Below the pieces are notes generated by a model. It had not been told where the DNA came from. It ran no database searches and worked only from the letters and a program-made list of their open reading frames with translations. This document shows, piece by piece, positions 9,992 through 19,095 of a DNA stretch of 64,000 nucleotides. Positions within the stretch are counted from its first letter, which is position 1, and every line of letters begins with the position of its first letter. A program made the translations under genes and the position numbers. The DNA is taken from NCBI GenBank assembly GCA_964643995.1, contig CAZXUJ010000002.1, positions 14,209 to 78,208 of the forward strand, read 5' to 3'. This DNA is from an uncultured Candidatus Saccharibacteria bacterium (GTDB taxonomy: Bacteria > Patescibacteriota > WWE3 > UBA101185 > UBA10185).

Positions 9992-10270
9992 CTAAAAAGG
10001 TATAAATGAACTTAACCCCAAAAGTGAAACGTTCATACCTAAAGTATTGCCTACTACGTAAACAATAGTTATAGCACTGAGAACCACTATCAAGCCAACT
10101 ATCGAATGTATCAAAGCATGTCTGGCTCTTTCGGCTTTTTCTTTGTTACCCATAGACGCCATGTATTGAATACCTGCAAGAATGATAAAAATAACTGAAA
10201 GCGAAATTCCTATTCCACTAAGAACATTGATCACGAGAGCAAATATATGTGCGGGAACGATACCAAGCAT
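9992..10270 (-). CDS. CPR-type TrbC/VirB2-like pilin
   Basis: IILAGIQYMASMGNKEKAERARHALIHSIVGLIVV two-helix pilin signature. Confidence 0.8.
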   Translation of the reverse strand: MLGIVPAHIFALVINVLSGIGISLSVIFIILAGIQYMASMGNKEKAERARHALIHSIVGLIVVLSAITIVYVVGNTLGMNVSLLGLSSFIPF

Positions 10271-10324
10271 ATTAAAAAGATTGTAACATCTTTACGACAT
10301 GTGATATAGACGTATAATAGTTCT

Positions 10325-12457
10325 GTGTCAAAATTAGGTGATAAAATCCATACAAAAGAAATTTTAATGGTCTCTGATTTTGATGATACCTATACCCCAG
10401 ACGAGTTAGCAGCAGAAAAAAACTATTTAGAAAAACTAACTGCACAATTAGCTCAGTACAATGTGAAACTTACCGTTGAGGAAGTTGAGACTGAAAACGA
10501 CCTGCGCGAAATTTTGAAAAAGTACAACAAAAATGAAGTGGTCGTGTTTAACTGGTGTGAAAAACTGGGAAACAAAGAGGGCACAGAAAACAAAGTTGCA
10601 AGAGTATACGAGGATCTGGGTTTTAGATTTACCGGAGCTTCATCAAAAATACTAGAATTAACGGCTGATAAATACGAGATTGCGACCATACTTGGAAACC
10701 ATAATGTTCTGACTCCAAACAGTTACCTTATCAAAAAAAAGGATCCTGTTTTTAACACTGTAACGTTTGATGGAAAAATGATTGCTAAGTCCAACTCTTT
10801 GCATGCTTCTGCGGGATTACACAAAGACAATGTTGTAGAAAACAAGGAACAGCTGGAGAACATAGCAAAACGGATGTTTTCTGAAGTGGATACGGATGTT
10901 ATAGCACAACAATTTATTGATGGCGAAGAATTTACTTGTGTAGTTTGGGGTAATGAAAGCCCTAGCGCGCTCCCGATAATAAAATTAATATATAAGGACT
11001 CAAATGTTAGTGGCGTTTATACGAAAGACTCAAAATTCAACAGCGCATCAGAAGAATATAAAAACTGCATTTATGAACTGGTTACTAAGTCCAACGGAAA
11101 TGATTTATATACACAGTTACAAGAAACAGCTATAAAGGCCTATCAGGCTTTGGGTATGCGCGATTATGCGCGCATTGATTTGCGCTGTAAAAATAGCGAC
11201 ATTTATGTAATAGATGTAAATGCTAACCCATATATCAATGTTTTATCAGAAAATGAAAGCTGTGAGGTATTTAGGTGTTCGGAGGCTTTAGGGTACAATT
11301 GGGGAGAAACCATACTTCAAATATGCGAATTCGCTTATAAACGCACTCTAACTGAAAAAAAGATAAATAATGAAAATTATCAAACCGGACAAGTAAAAAA
11401 TGGATTAAAACTACCAGAGTATGTTAATAAAATTGCCATCGTGTACAGTCACGTAAAGCGAGAATACTTTCCAACAGAGGAACAATATATTACAGAAAAA
11501 GATGCAGGCAAAGATGCGGAGTTTATTGCAGAGGAAATAAGAAGATTTGGTGTTGATTGCAGAACTATACCAGCAGATGATTCCCTAGTGGAAAGTCTTA
11601 AAGAATATAAACCGGACATGGTATTTAACCTAGTGGACTCAGTAAAGGGTCTGGAATATCTTGCTTCGACTATTCCAGGGATTTTGGATATGCTAGACAT
11701 ACCATTTACAGGAGCAACATTATTGGGGCTCGCCCTATGTTACAACAAATTTCTTTCAAAAAAGCTTTTGCAAAGCGCCGGTATACCGGTTCCGAACTTT
11801 CAACTTTTTCACACACCTAACGACAAACTTGATATAGATCTACGTTTCCCACTAATTTCGAAGCTAAACGAAATCCATGGTGGGGTAGAAATAAATGAGT
11901 CGGCAATATCCGAGGACGAAAAACAGCTCAGGGAGAGACTGACATACTTAATGAAAACGTACGGGCAAGAGGTTGTTGTCGAAGAATATATTGCAGGTAG
12001 GGAAGCTGTAGCCATTGTGTTGCAAGGAAGCAATATTAAAATATACATGGGAGAAAAAATATTTAACAAACCTGATCAAAAATACATAATCACTACTTTT
12101 GAGGATCAGTGGGTGATTCCAGCTGCAGTAAAGGAAGAGGATGACATATACAGGTACGTTAAGTATGAGGATTCATTGTTGAAAGAGTATGTAAGACGAG
12201 CGTTTTATATAACCAACATGCTTGATTACGGCAAATTTGACATACGAATAGATGCCTCAGGCAGATATTATTTTATCGATTCAAATGCAAATCCAGCCTT
12301 TGGACCTAAGGCACTCTCTACTGCAATGGGCTATATTACACAAGGCTTATACAACGTACCTTTCAATGTAATCCTAAGAAGAATCATCTGCAACACCGTT
12401 GATGCTAGTGAAGCTATTCAAAACGGTGACGACATAACCTCCAGCGAAAGGGATTAA
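10325..12457 (+). CDS. Tandem double ATP-grasp (D-Ala-D-Ala ligase-like) protein
   Basis: Two complete repeats: VFNWCE..FTGA..DKY..YARIDLR..IDVNANP and VFNLVD..FTGA..NKF..YGKFDIR..IDSNANP. Confidence 0.85.
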   Translation: MSKLGDKIHTKEILMVSDFDDTYTPDELAAEKNYLEKLTAQLAQYNVKLTVEEVETENDLREILKKYNKNEVVVFNWCEKLGNKEGTENKVARVYEDLGFRFTGASSKILELTADKYEIATILGNHNVLTPNSYLIKKKDPVFNTVTFDGKMIAKSNSLHASAGLHKDNVVENKEQLENIAKRMFSEVDTDVIAQQFIDGEEFTCVVWGNESPSALPIIKLIYKDSNVSGVYTKDSKFNSASEEYKNCIYELVTKSNGNDLYTQLQETAIKAYQALGMRDYARIDLRCKNSDIYVIDVNANPYINVLSENESCEVFRCSEALGYNWGETILQICEFAYKRTLTEKKINNENYQTGQVKNGLKLPEYVNKIAIVYSHVKREYFPTEEQYITEKDAGKDAEFIAEEIRRFGVDCRTIPADDSLVESLKEYKPDMVFNLVDSVKGLEYLASTIPGILDMLDIPFTGATLLGLALCYNKFLSKKLLQSAGIPVPNFQLFHTPNDKLDIDLRFPLISKLNEIHGGVEINESAISEDEKQLRERLTYLMKTYGQEVVVEEYIAGREAVAIVLQGSNIKIYMGEKIFNKPDQKYIITTFEDQWVIPAAVKEEDDIYRYVKYEDSLLKEYVRRAFYITNMLDYGKFDIRIDASGRYYFIDSNANPAFGPKALSTAMGYITQGLYNVPFNVILRRIICNTVDASEAIQNGDDITSSERD

Positions 12458-13606
12458 TTATTCTGCAGATGCCAAAATTTCGACATCAGTTGTAGCCTCC
12501 ATAGGTATTAGTGCTGGCTCCATAAGCTGTTTGCTGTTCCAATCTTTAGTTTCTGTACTTATCAAACTTAGAATCGATATTTCCCTTATATCTTTAGCAC
12601 CAAGTATAAACTGCATAATTCTTTCGTTGCCAATGCCATAGCCTGCATGGGGTAAGGTTTTTTGGGCTAGGATCATACCTTCGGTATACCACTGAAAATC
12701 TTCATAGGTACCTCCACGCATCTCGTGCAACCGATACATTCTGGATGTTAGCAATCTAACCAAAAGTTTCACACCGTCATGTTCACGGACGGCCGCACCA
12801 ACAGACTCTCCAGAGAAAGGAAAAACACAATCGGCCGATAATACCACACGTGGGTCATCAGTACTAACTTTCATGTTAAAAAATTTAATGTCCTTAGGAT
12901 ATTTCATAATCAAAACGGGGGACCACGTCTCAATTGTGCTATCAGATCCTAAAGCAGACTTATTCATTAGTTCAACAACTTTTGCCTCGTGTTCGGACTC
13001 AAGATCATCACCAAAGCTAATTCTTTCAAACCCATTTTTTTGTAGCATTTTTACAGCATCCTCATAAGCGACTTTCAGGTAAGGACGACTCAATATTGCA
13101 TTAAGGTCTGAAGACTTGCGCCCAAAGTCGGAATCCAAGGCTATGTGATTATCGTCAACAACTGACTTAATCATCGCCTTAGTAGCATTTTCTATGTGCT
13201 CTAGTAAAGCCTCATACATAGTTTCTTCATCGTAGGAGTCGCGAGTCATACCTACACTCTTACAATCAAACTCCTCTTCAGTTAAGCGAAACTGGCGCAA
13301 ATGTCTTGCATCTTCTAACTCCTCGTCACGACCACTGTTAATTATTGTATAAACTCCGTGGGCTCCTTGTAAAACCTGCTCTAGTGCAAGCTGTCCGGTT
13401 TGTGTAAAAAACAATGGTAGGCCACATCTGTTACCAACCCGAAAAAGAGTATCTACATTTTCGCAAGCACCCGTAATGCCAACGATTGCAGGAACGTCTA
13501 CATATTGAAGTCCAAGATTTCTATAGTACTCCATAGATCCGTAAGTTAAAGACGAGTACATCTTGATTAAGGATCTAAAATTGTTACTTTGTAAGTCGTG
13601 CATCAT
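12458..13606 (-). CDS. Asparaginyl-tRNA synthetase-like class II catalytic domain without the anticodon-binding domain
   Basis: GACE, TQTGQLALEQ, motif 2 SGRDE..RHLRQF, FGDDL, YPKDIKFFNM, GESVG..RE, motif 3 PHAGYGIGNER; the protein starts directly at the motif 1 helix. Confidence 0.85.
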   Translation of the reverse strand: MMHDLQSNNFRSLIKMYSSLTYGSMEYYRNLGLQYVDVPAIVGITGACENVDTLFRVGNRCGLPLFFTQTGQLALEQVLQGAHGVYTIINSGRDEELEDARHLRQFRLTEEEFDCKSVGMTRDSYDEETMYEALLEHIENATKAMIKSVVDDNHIALDSDFGRKSSDLNAILSRPYLKVAYEDAVKMLQKNGFERISFGDDLESEHEAKVVELMNKSALGSDSTIETWSPVLIMKYPKDIKFFNMKVSTDDPRVVLSADCVFPFSGESVGAAVREHDGVKLLVRLLTSRMYRLHEMRGGTYEDFQWYTEGMILAQKTLPHAGYGIGNERIMQFILGAKDIREISILSLISTETKDWNSKQLMEPALIPMEATTDVEILASAE

Positions 13607-13632
13607 TACCTCCTCTACCCTAAAAAGGGCAT

Positions 13633-13653
13633 AAAAAAAGCCTTTCGGCTTTT
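13633..13653 (-). terminator. Intrinsic terminator inside the 5' leader of the AsnRS-like gene
   Basis: AAAAGCC-GAAA-GGCTTTT followed by T run, ~25 nt upstream of the ATG. Confidence 0.75.
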
Positions 13654-13714
13654 AAAAAAAATATACGTTTCCGCTTGTAAGCGGACATTTAAAATTAATT
13701 GGGGAAAATCTCAT
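13652..13714 (-). CDS. Putative leader peptide MRFSPINFKCPLTSGNVYFF
   Basis: 20-codon uORF between the promoter and the terminator; its stop codon overlaps the terminator 5' arm. Confidence 0.4.
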   Translation of the reverse strand: MRFSPINFKCPLTSGNVYFF

Positions 13715-13723
13715 CAAAATATT

Positions 13724-13753
13724 AGTCTATATGAGTGAAATACAACATGTCAA
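13724..13753 (-). promoter_or_regulatory. Sigma70 promoter
   Basis: TTGACA-N18-TAGACT. Confidence 0.6.
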
Positions 13754-13796
13754 CACTTGCTAAACAAAACTTATCTTATCTTTACAAGCCCACTTT

Positions 13797-14030
13797 CTAA
13801 TGTAATGCGAACTCATTCAGAACAACATCAAATTTCACTAATTCTGCAACGCCAATGACTAGGGTAATATAAGGCATTTGTTCTGGACGATGCTTGATAT
13901 CATATATTTTCTTTATAGCAGCACTGCTTGATGCGATACAGTGCAAACCATAAATCGTATCAGTAGGCATTCGGCCAGCTTTTTCAGCAAGTAACAAATC
14001 AGCAATATCTATTATTTGATTACTTTTTGA
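13797..14030 (-). pseudogene. Sua5/YrdC (TsaC) threonylcarbamoyl-AMP synthase N-terminal fragment
   Basis: MPTDTIYGL..AIKKIYDIKHRPEQMP, ending after ~70 aa. Confidence 0.75.
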
Positions 14031-14039
14031 CTAATCTGC

Positions 14040-14439
14040 CAATAGACTACACCAAGAGCGTAAACACCGGTGTATATAGGAGGATTCTCACCTCTTACGA
14101 TGTAACGTCAGCGACATTTTTACCGTATGAAATGCTAAACAACGGTACTCTATATTTCTCGAAAGACACCATCGACGGGATGAATCGGGGTTGATGGCAA
14201 TACCATTTTATGCTTTACCAATATTGCTTAAAAAGATACCAGCACTTTACTATGGTGCGGATTTAGCAAGGCTGGTAGCTCTAGGGAGAATTTCTGCATC
14301 TTTTTACACGGCACTCTCAGTATCAGTATTTTATTTAGTACTTAAGGAACTAGACAGACTCAAAGGGGTAGCATCAAGCGGGTGGATTTATCCGCCAGTT
14401 CTGAAATTTTTTGTATGGATAACAGCCCCTCGTCCTTAA
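14040..14439 (+). pseudogene. Membrane glycosyltransferase-like relic
   Basis: SYDVTSATFLPYEMLNNGTLYF joined out of frame to LMAIPFYAL..LGRISASFYTALSV; truncated. Confidence 0.4.
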
Positions 14440-14627
14440 GATTTTTAAGTGCAATGTTAGCGTTATGCCAAGACGTGCGTTGCACTAGAATCATGCCAGT
14501 TATAATTTTTTCGCGTTCTAAAACGTCTTTACTCTCAGCACACCATTGTGGCCAATAACTAGCTGGTTCTCCAAGTCGTTAACTAATTTATGATATTCAT
14601 CAGGAAAATTTGCCATTCAAGTATCGG

Positions 14628-16016
14628 CTAAAAAATACGATCCACGATTGTAAAGATACTAAAACCGCCGTAAAACAGAAATGCAGCCGACATAATCATT
14701 ATTCGGACAGCGGATGGTCTTATGTTCTTACCAAGAGAGCTCATATTTAACCAAAGTGTTAAACCGCTATGAACAAACATTGCTATAGCGTTCATTACGG
14801 CTGCTGTAACAACAAGTTGAAGAGGTTCCGTGAAACCAAGCAAGAAAATCGCAATACCTGAGGCTATCTGTATCCATAAGACACTGTAATAAACCTTTGG
14901 TAAGAAGCGCTCCTTGATGCGATCATTAGAAACTAAAACAACATTTTCTGAAAGTATACGGCTTGTTGCATCAAAAACAGTTAGTTGCGTTGCAAAAAGC
15001 ATGATACCAGTAATGATAAGAAAAAAGATTTTGACAGTTGGCGAAAGTAATTCACCAATAACATTAGCCTGATTGATAACAAATGTAATATTTGAAGTTG
15101 CACCTGCTGTACCATGCAATGTTGTGTAAGCCAACATTGCGAGCAAAACCATTGTCACAGTCCCTGTAAGCCAAAATACAAAAAAGTGTTCTATGTTTAT
15201 ATTTTTCCACCATGTACGAAAGCGGGCGAGGTTTTCTGGGGATTCATCAAAAGTAGTACCCGCTAAAGAGATCTCTTCACTTTTGCCTGTTAGTAGGCTG
15301 GTGATGCGGCCAGCATATTTACCCATACCATAACCCTTCTCCTTAATGTAATTTGATTGGGCTAAATTGAGATTTCCACCTGCGCCGGCATAAGCAAGAG
15401 CACCTAAAAATGTTGCAAAAGGTAAACCTACAGGAATTAGCCAATAACCATCACCTTTACCGACAATGCCCTGTAAAGTATCAACTACAATAGATTTATC
15501 TGCAAGGTAAATAGAAAGCAAAAATATACTTGGAACGCCGAGAGTTATTAACACCTTTTGAATTCCCTCAACAGTTTTATAAAGGACTGGCCCCAAAGAT
15601 AAAATAATTCCTATAAGTATAAGCAAAGCAATTGCTAAATATTGGGTATCTTGTATTCCAAACAGATACCCAAGCAGCTTTGCAGAGGATGCTACAATTC
15701 CAGGCCATATCCATGGAAGAAAAGTAGATAAAATAAACCAAACAGGAAGAAGTTTAAATTTACGGTAAAAACCTACAAAGACGCTTTCACCTCTGGCTAA
15801 AGCATATCTTTCAATTTCCATATTCATAAAAAACTGAAAGGTTATTCCAATAACAGCCCCCCAAATAATACCCATACCAAACTTTGATGCTAAGAAAGGC
15901 CACAATATGAGTTCGCCACTACCTAAACCTAGTCCAAGAATAACAAAACTTGGGCCAATTATCTTACGTAAGAGAGGTGCTTGGGGGAATTCATTTCTTT
16001 TGAAATCAGTGAGCAT
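14628..16016 (-). CDS. Nramp-like divalent metal transporter
   Basis: IGPSFVILGLGLGSGELILWP..EIERYALARGES; about 11 TM segments. Confidence 0.8.
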   Translation of the reverse strand: MLTDFKRNEFPQAPLLRKIIGPSFVILGLGLGSGELILWPFLASKFGMGIIWGAVIGITFQFFMNMEIERYALARGESVFVGFYRKFKLLPVWFILSTFLPWIWPGIVASSAKLLGYLFGIQDTQYLAIALLILIGIILSLGPVLYKTVEGIQKVLITLGVPSIFLLSIYLADKSIVVDTLQGIVGKGDGYWLIPVGLPFATFLGALAYAGAGGNLNLAQSNYIKEKGYGMGKYAGRITSLLTGKSEEISLAGTTFDESPENLARFRTWWKNINIEHFFVFWLTGTVTMVLLAMLAYTTLHGTAGATSNITFVINQANVIGELLSPTVKIFFLIITGIMLFATQLTVFDATSRILSENVVLVSNDRIKERFLPKVYYSVLWIQIASGIAIFLLGFTEPLQLVVTAAVMNAIAMFVHSGLTLWLNMSSLGKNIRPSAVRIMIMSAAFLFYGGFSIFTIVDRIF

Positions 16017-16069
16017 TAGGGTAATGTTAGCACATTCACCTTATGCTAATAAACTGGCATAATATACAT

Positions 16070-17269
16070 ATGCCTGACCTAAAAAACATCTACGAATCAT
16101 TCGACTTGCCGAGCTTTACATTCCAAAAATTTGAAATTTATTATGAAAAGATCATTGAAAAAGCTCTAGAGGGACATACTTCAAATATCTATACATTTAA
16201 AAGTGTTGGAATAACCAGTAGATTAAAGTACATTGTCGCTAACAAAAGGCTTTTCAAAGATAAAAGGTTTGATCAGCACGTATTTATATTTATAGACCTG
16301 CAAAAATATATACTCTCACAAGATATTGCACTTAACGAATCATTGCAATTTGTTGAGGATATACCAATTGGAGAGTTTGATCTTCCCAGATATTTTGAGT
16401 TCATACGAGACTTAGTTAAACAAAAAAGGAAGGTGTTTTTTGTGGTAGGTGATGGGGGACTACTTTATTTCGATAAGGATCCACAATGTATTGCATTAAT
16501 TGACTCACTTAGATTGATAAGTTTTACTGACACAGGCTTTATTTTCATTAATCAAAAGGACAACACGTTACTTTCCTACGATGGATTGGAAACCATTGGA
16601 GGGTTTTTAAGCAAAAATATTGTTTGGGGTAAAGAATTATACTTTGATGCTCCAGAAATTACACACCTGCTGCAAAATGAGATTAAAAAAAGTAATACAA
16701 AAGCGAACGACAAAATAGTAGGCGTTATTAGTGAATTTTCTGAGGGTGATCCAAAAGTAGCAATTTATCTTTACTATAAATGGAAAGAAGATAATGAAGC
16801 ACTAGAACAGTTACTGAAAAAAGATTTTAAAAAATTCTATGAAACTCTTGATGCAAAGTGGCTAGATGCAAGATACGCAAGTATAGTAAGCTCACTCACT
16901 GATAAAAGCTACGATGACTTGATAACAGGCACACCAAACGAATATCTAGCTAACATAGGCTTGAATTTATTTATGAATCCGCTTTTTAACTTTTTCCTAA
17001 CAGAAAGATGCAAACCAAGAGAAACTAAGAATGAGTTTAAATTAACAGGACAAGAACAAATACTATATAGCTTGTTAAGCAAATTCAAAGACGAAACCAT
17101 TACACGAGACGATATTTCAGAAGCGCTCTGGGGAGATAAAGCTGACGAAAACTACAGTGATTGGGCCATTAATAAAGTGGTTTCGGAACTGAGAAAAAAA
17201 ATCAATTCAAAAAATCTAGAGATTAAATCAGTGAAAGGTGTAGGTTATATTTTAACTGAGAAACAATGA
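16070..17269 (+). CDS. Protein with C-terminal OmpR/PhoB-type winged HTH and a degenerate ATPase-like N-terminus
   Basis: LTGQEQILYSLL..TITRDDISEALWG..SDWAINKVVSELRKKI..IKSVKGVGY. Confidence 0.8.
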   Translation: MPDLKNIYESFDLPSFTFQKFEIYYEKIIEKALEGHTSNIYTFKSVGITSRLKYIVANKRLFKDKRFDQHVFIFIDLQKYILSQDIALNESLQFVEDIPIGEFDLPRYFEFIRDLVKQKRKVFFVVGDGGLLYFDKDPQCIALIDSLRLISFTDTGFIFINQKDNTLLSYDGLETIGGFLSKNIVWGKELYFDAPEITHLLQNEIKKSNTKANDKIVGVISEFSEGDPKVAIYLYYKWKEDNEALEQLLKKDFKKFYETLDAKWLDARYASIVSSLTDKSYDDLITGTPNEYLANIGLNLFMNPLFNFFLTERCKPRETKNEFKLTGQEQILYSLLSKFKDETITRDDISEALWGDKADENYSDWAINKVVSELRKKINSKNLEIKSVKGVGYILTEKQ

Positions 17270-18995
17270 CACAGTTAGCAACAGAAACCCAAGAATTGGA
17301 ATATACAACACAGTATGAGTATGACTCTGAAAGAAATGTTGTTTATGTGAATGCGCTAGAAATTAAAGGTGCTGAAGAAATCCCACAACATAGGATTGAT
17401 ATGTTTTTCGACGAAGACAGTCAAGAGGTGTTGAAGACCTTACTAAATACAGAAGGCGTTACTGAACTTAGAATCAAAGGCTCACATGTAGTTAACATGC
17501 TTACCGGAGGAACTTTTTTTTCAACTAGTGGTGATACTCTCAGCCCTTTAGGTTTCTCTGATATTGATATAGATGTTATAGGCAATCCAAATGAATTGGA
17601 ATTTCCTTCAACAGTAAAGATCAAATCTAAAACTGTAACAAAAAGAGTTACAACCGCCAGTGGGGTACCTTTGGATATCGTAAAACCGGAGGCTTTCGAG
17701 GAATATGAGATTGCAGCAGCAACAGAACTTATACAATGGCTAGATGCGAGAAAAGATCAAGTTGAATTAGCTATCCTAAGAAATAGAACGAAAAGTATTA
17801 TTGCTGATAATGAAAATCGCATGAGAAACGGCCTCCCAGTTGAAAGATCCTTCTATATGCATGAGACATTAACTGTATCGGCTAAACTAGAAAACGGGCA
17901 AATAGCATACACACTTAACGACCCATACAATGTTATGGAAACTGCGTTCCCCATAGAGGATAACCCCGCACCACACTCGAGAGCTGCAATAAAGGGACCT
18001 AAACGCACAGTTGGTATACCAATAAACAGAGTCGAAGGTATAAAAGCTGTACTTATGGATACCCTACCGTATATGGATAAAGCTGAAATCGAATCACCGG
18101 CAATCTTCATGCACTTGAGGCAGTGGCAAGATCCACAAAATTCTCGATGGAAAACAGTATTATTTTCGATATAAAACCTCGTGATATTAATGATATAGAA
18201 ACGAGGCATGCTAGTACTTTAGTAAAAGTATTACATGGAGATTCTATAAACATGAAGGGTAATTTTTTAGAAGACAGAGGATTCGAAAACTTCGCTGATG
18301 TAATTAGAGTACGGTTGCAAGAAATGGCATCTAGAGGAATGGCGGTTAACCTATTAGGCTTTTACCAGACTTTCATTCAAGAACTTGAACTTTCACAAGC
18401 ACTAGCACCGGAGCTTGGGGATATATACACCGGTGTAGAAAAGGATATGCTTCCAACATTTGCTGATTTCGTAAATAATGCACTTGACGAGCAAGGCAAA
18501 GTGCCCCACGACCTAGATAATTACATGGTCGGTGTACATCACTCAATTGTAGAAAGGTACAAAAACTATAGGACATCACTTGGTCGAAAGCTATCTAGAC
18601 AACCTCACGAGGCAACACTAGAAACCGGTTTATATAAAATGGCGTATGCATATATGGTGGCACAAGAAAGCGGTGTTTTTACACAGGAGGTTATGATGCA
18701 CTCTTCAGGGCAGGAGTTGCATGCATGTAAACTTGTTCAAGGTGAACCTACTACCAATGTGGTAGACGGGTTGGCCCTGCTGCTATATTCCCATAACAGA
18801 TATGACGAAAAAACTGTTGAAAGTGTAGTAACCAACTGGAGACTGTCAGGTGACTCATATAACCACTGGAGTGAACACGGAACAGCTATAAATAACACCT
18901 TGGATCTAGCGCAACTAAAAACCAAAATAGACTACTACAAAGACAAATACCCCATGCCGTTTGCCGATACGCATCCACTAAATAAAAACTCATAA
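17266..18995 (+). pseudogene. Divergent nucleotidyltransferase (CCA/poly(A) polymerase-like), split by a frameshift at ~18087-18174
   Basis: IKGSHVVNMLTG..SDIDIDV, PLDIV, LNDPY; the second frame is open from 18087 (HALEAVARSTKF). Confidence 0.5.
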
Positions 18996-19032
18996 ATACT
19001 CACTTTCAGTAACACTTCCTTATGATCTATAG

Positions 19033-19069
19033 TGTAACATGGTTACAGAATTAAGAATTCACTTAATTC
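19033..19069. promoter_or_regulatory. Operator-like palindrome TGTAAC-N3-GTTACA plus a second inverted repeat GAATTAAG-N6-CTTAATTC
   Basis: Two perfect inverted repeats between a TATAGT -10-like box and the AAGGAG SD of the lipoprotein gene. Confidence 0.45.
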
Positions 19070-19095
19070 ATAACACAATTCACAAGGAGTGAAAA

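Noticed and set aside
10325-12457. Calling the gene ddl or a van resistance ligase
   Set aside because: It lacks the N-terminal D-Ala-binding motif, has DxN for ExN, is a two-domain fusion, and has no van or mur context
13607-13720. T-box riboswitch ahead of an aaRS-like gene
   Set aside because: Too short for stem I, and no GGTGGTACC/T-box bulge sequence
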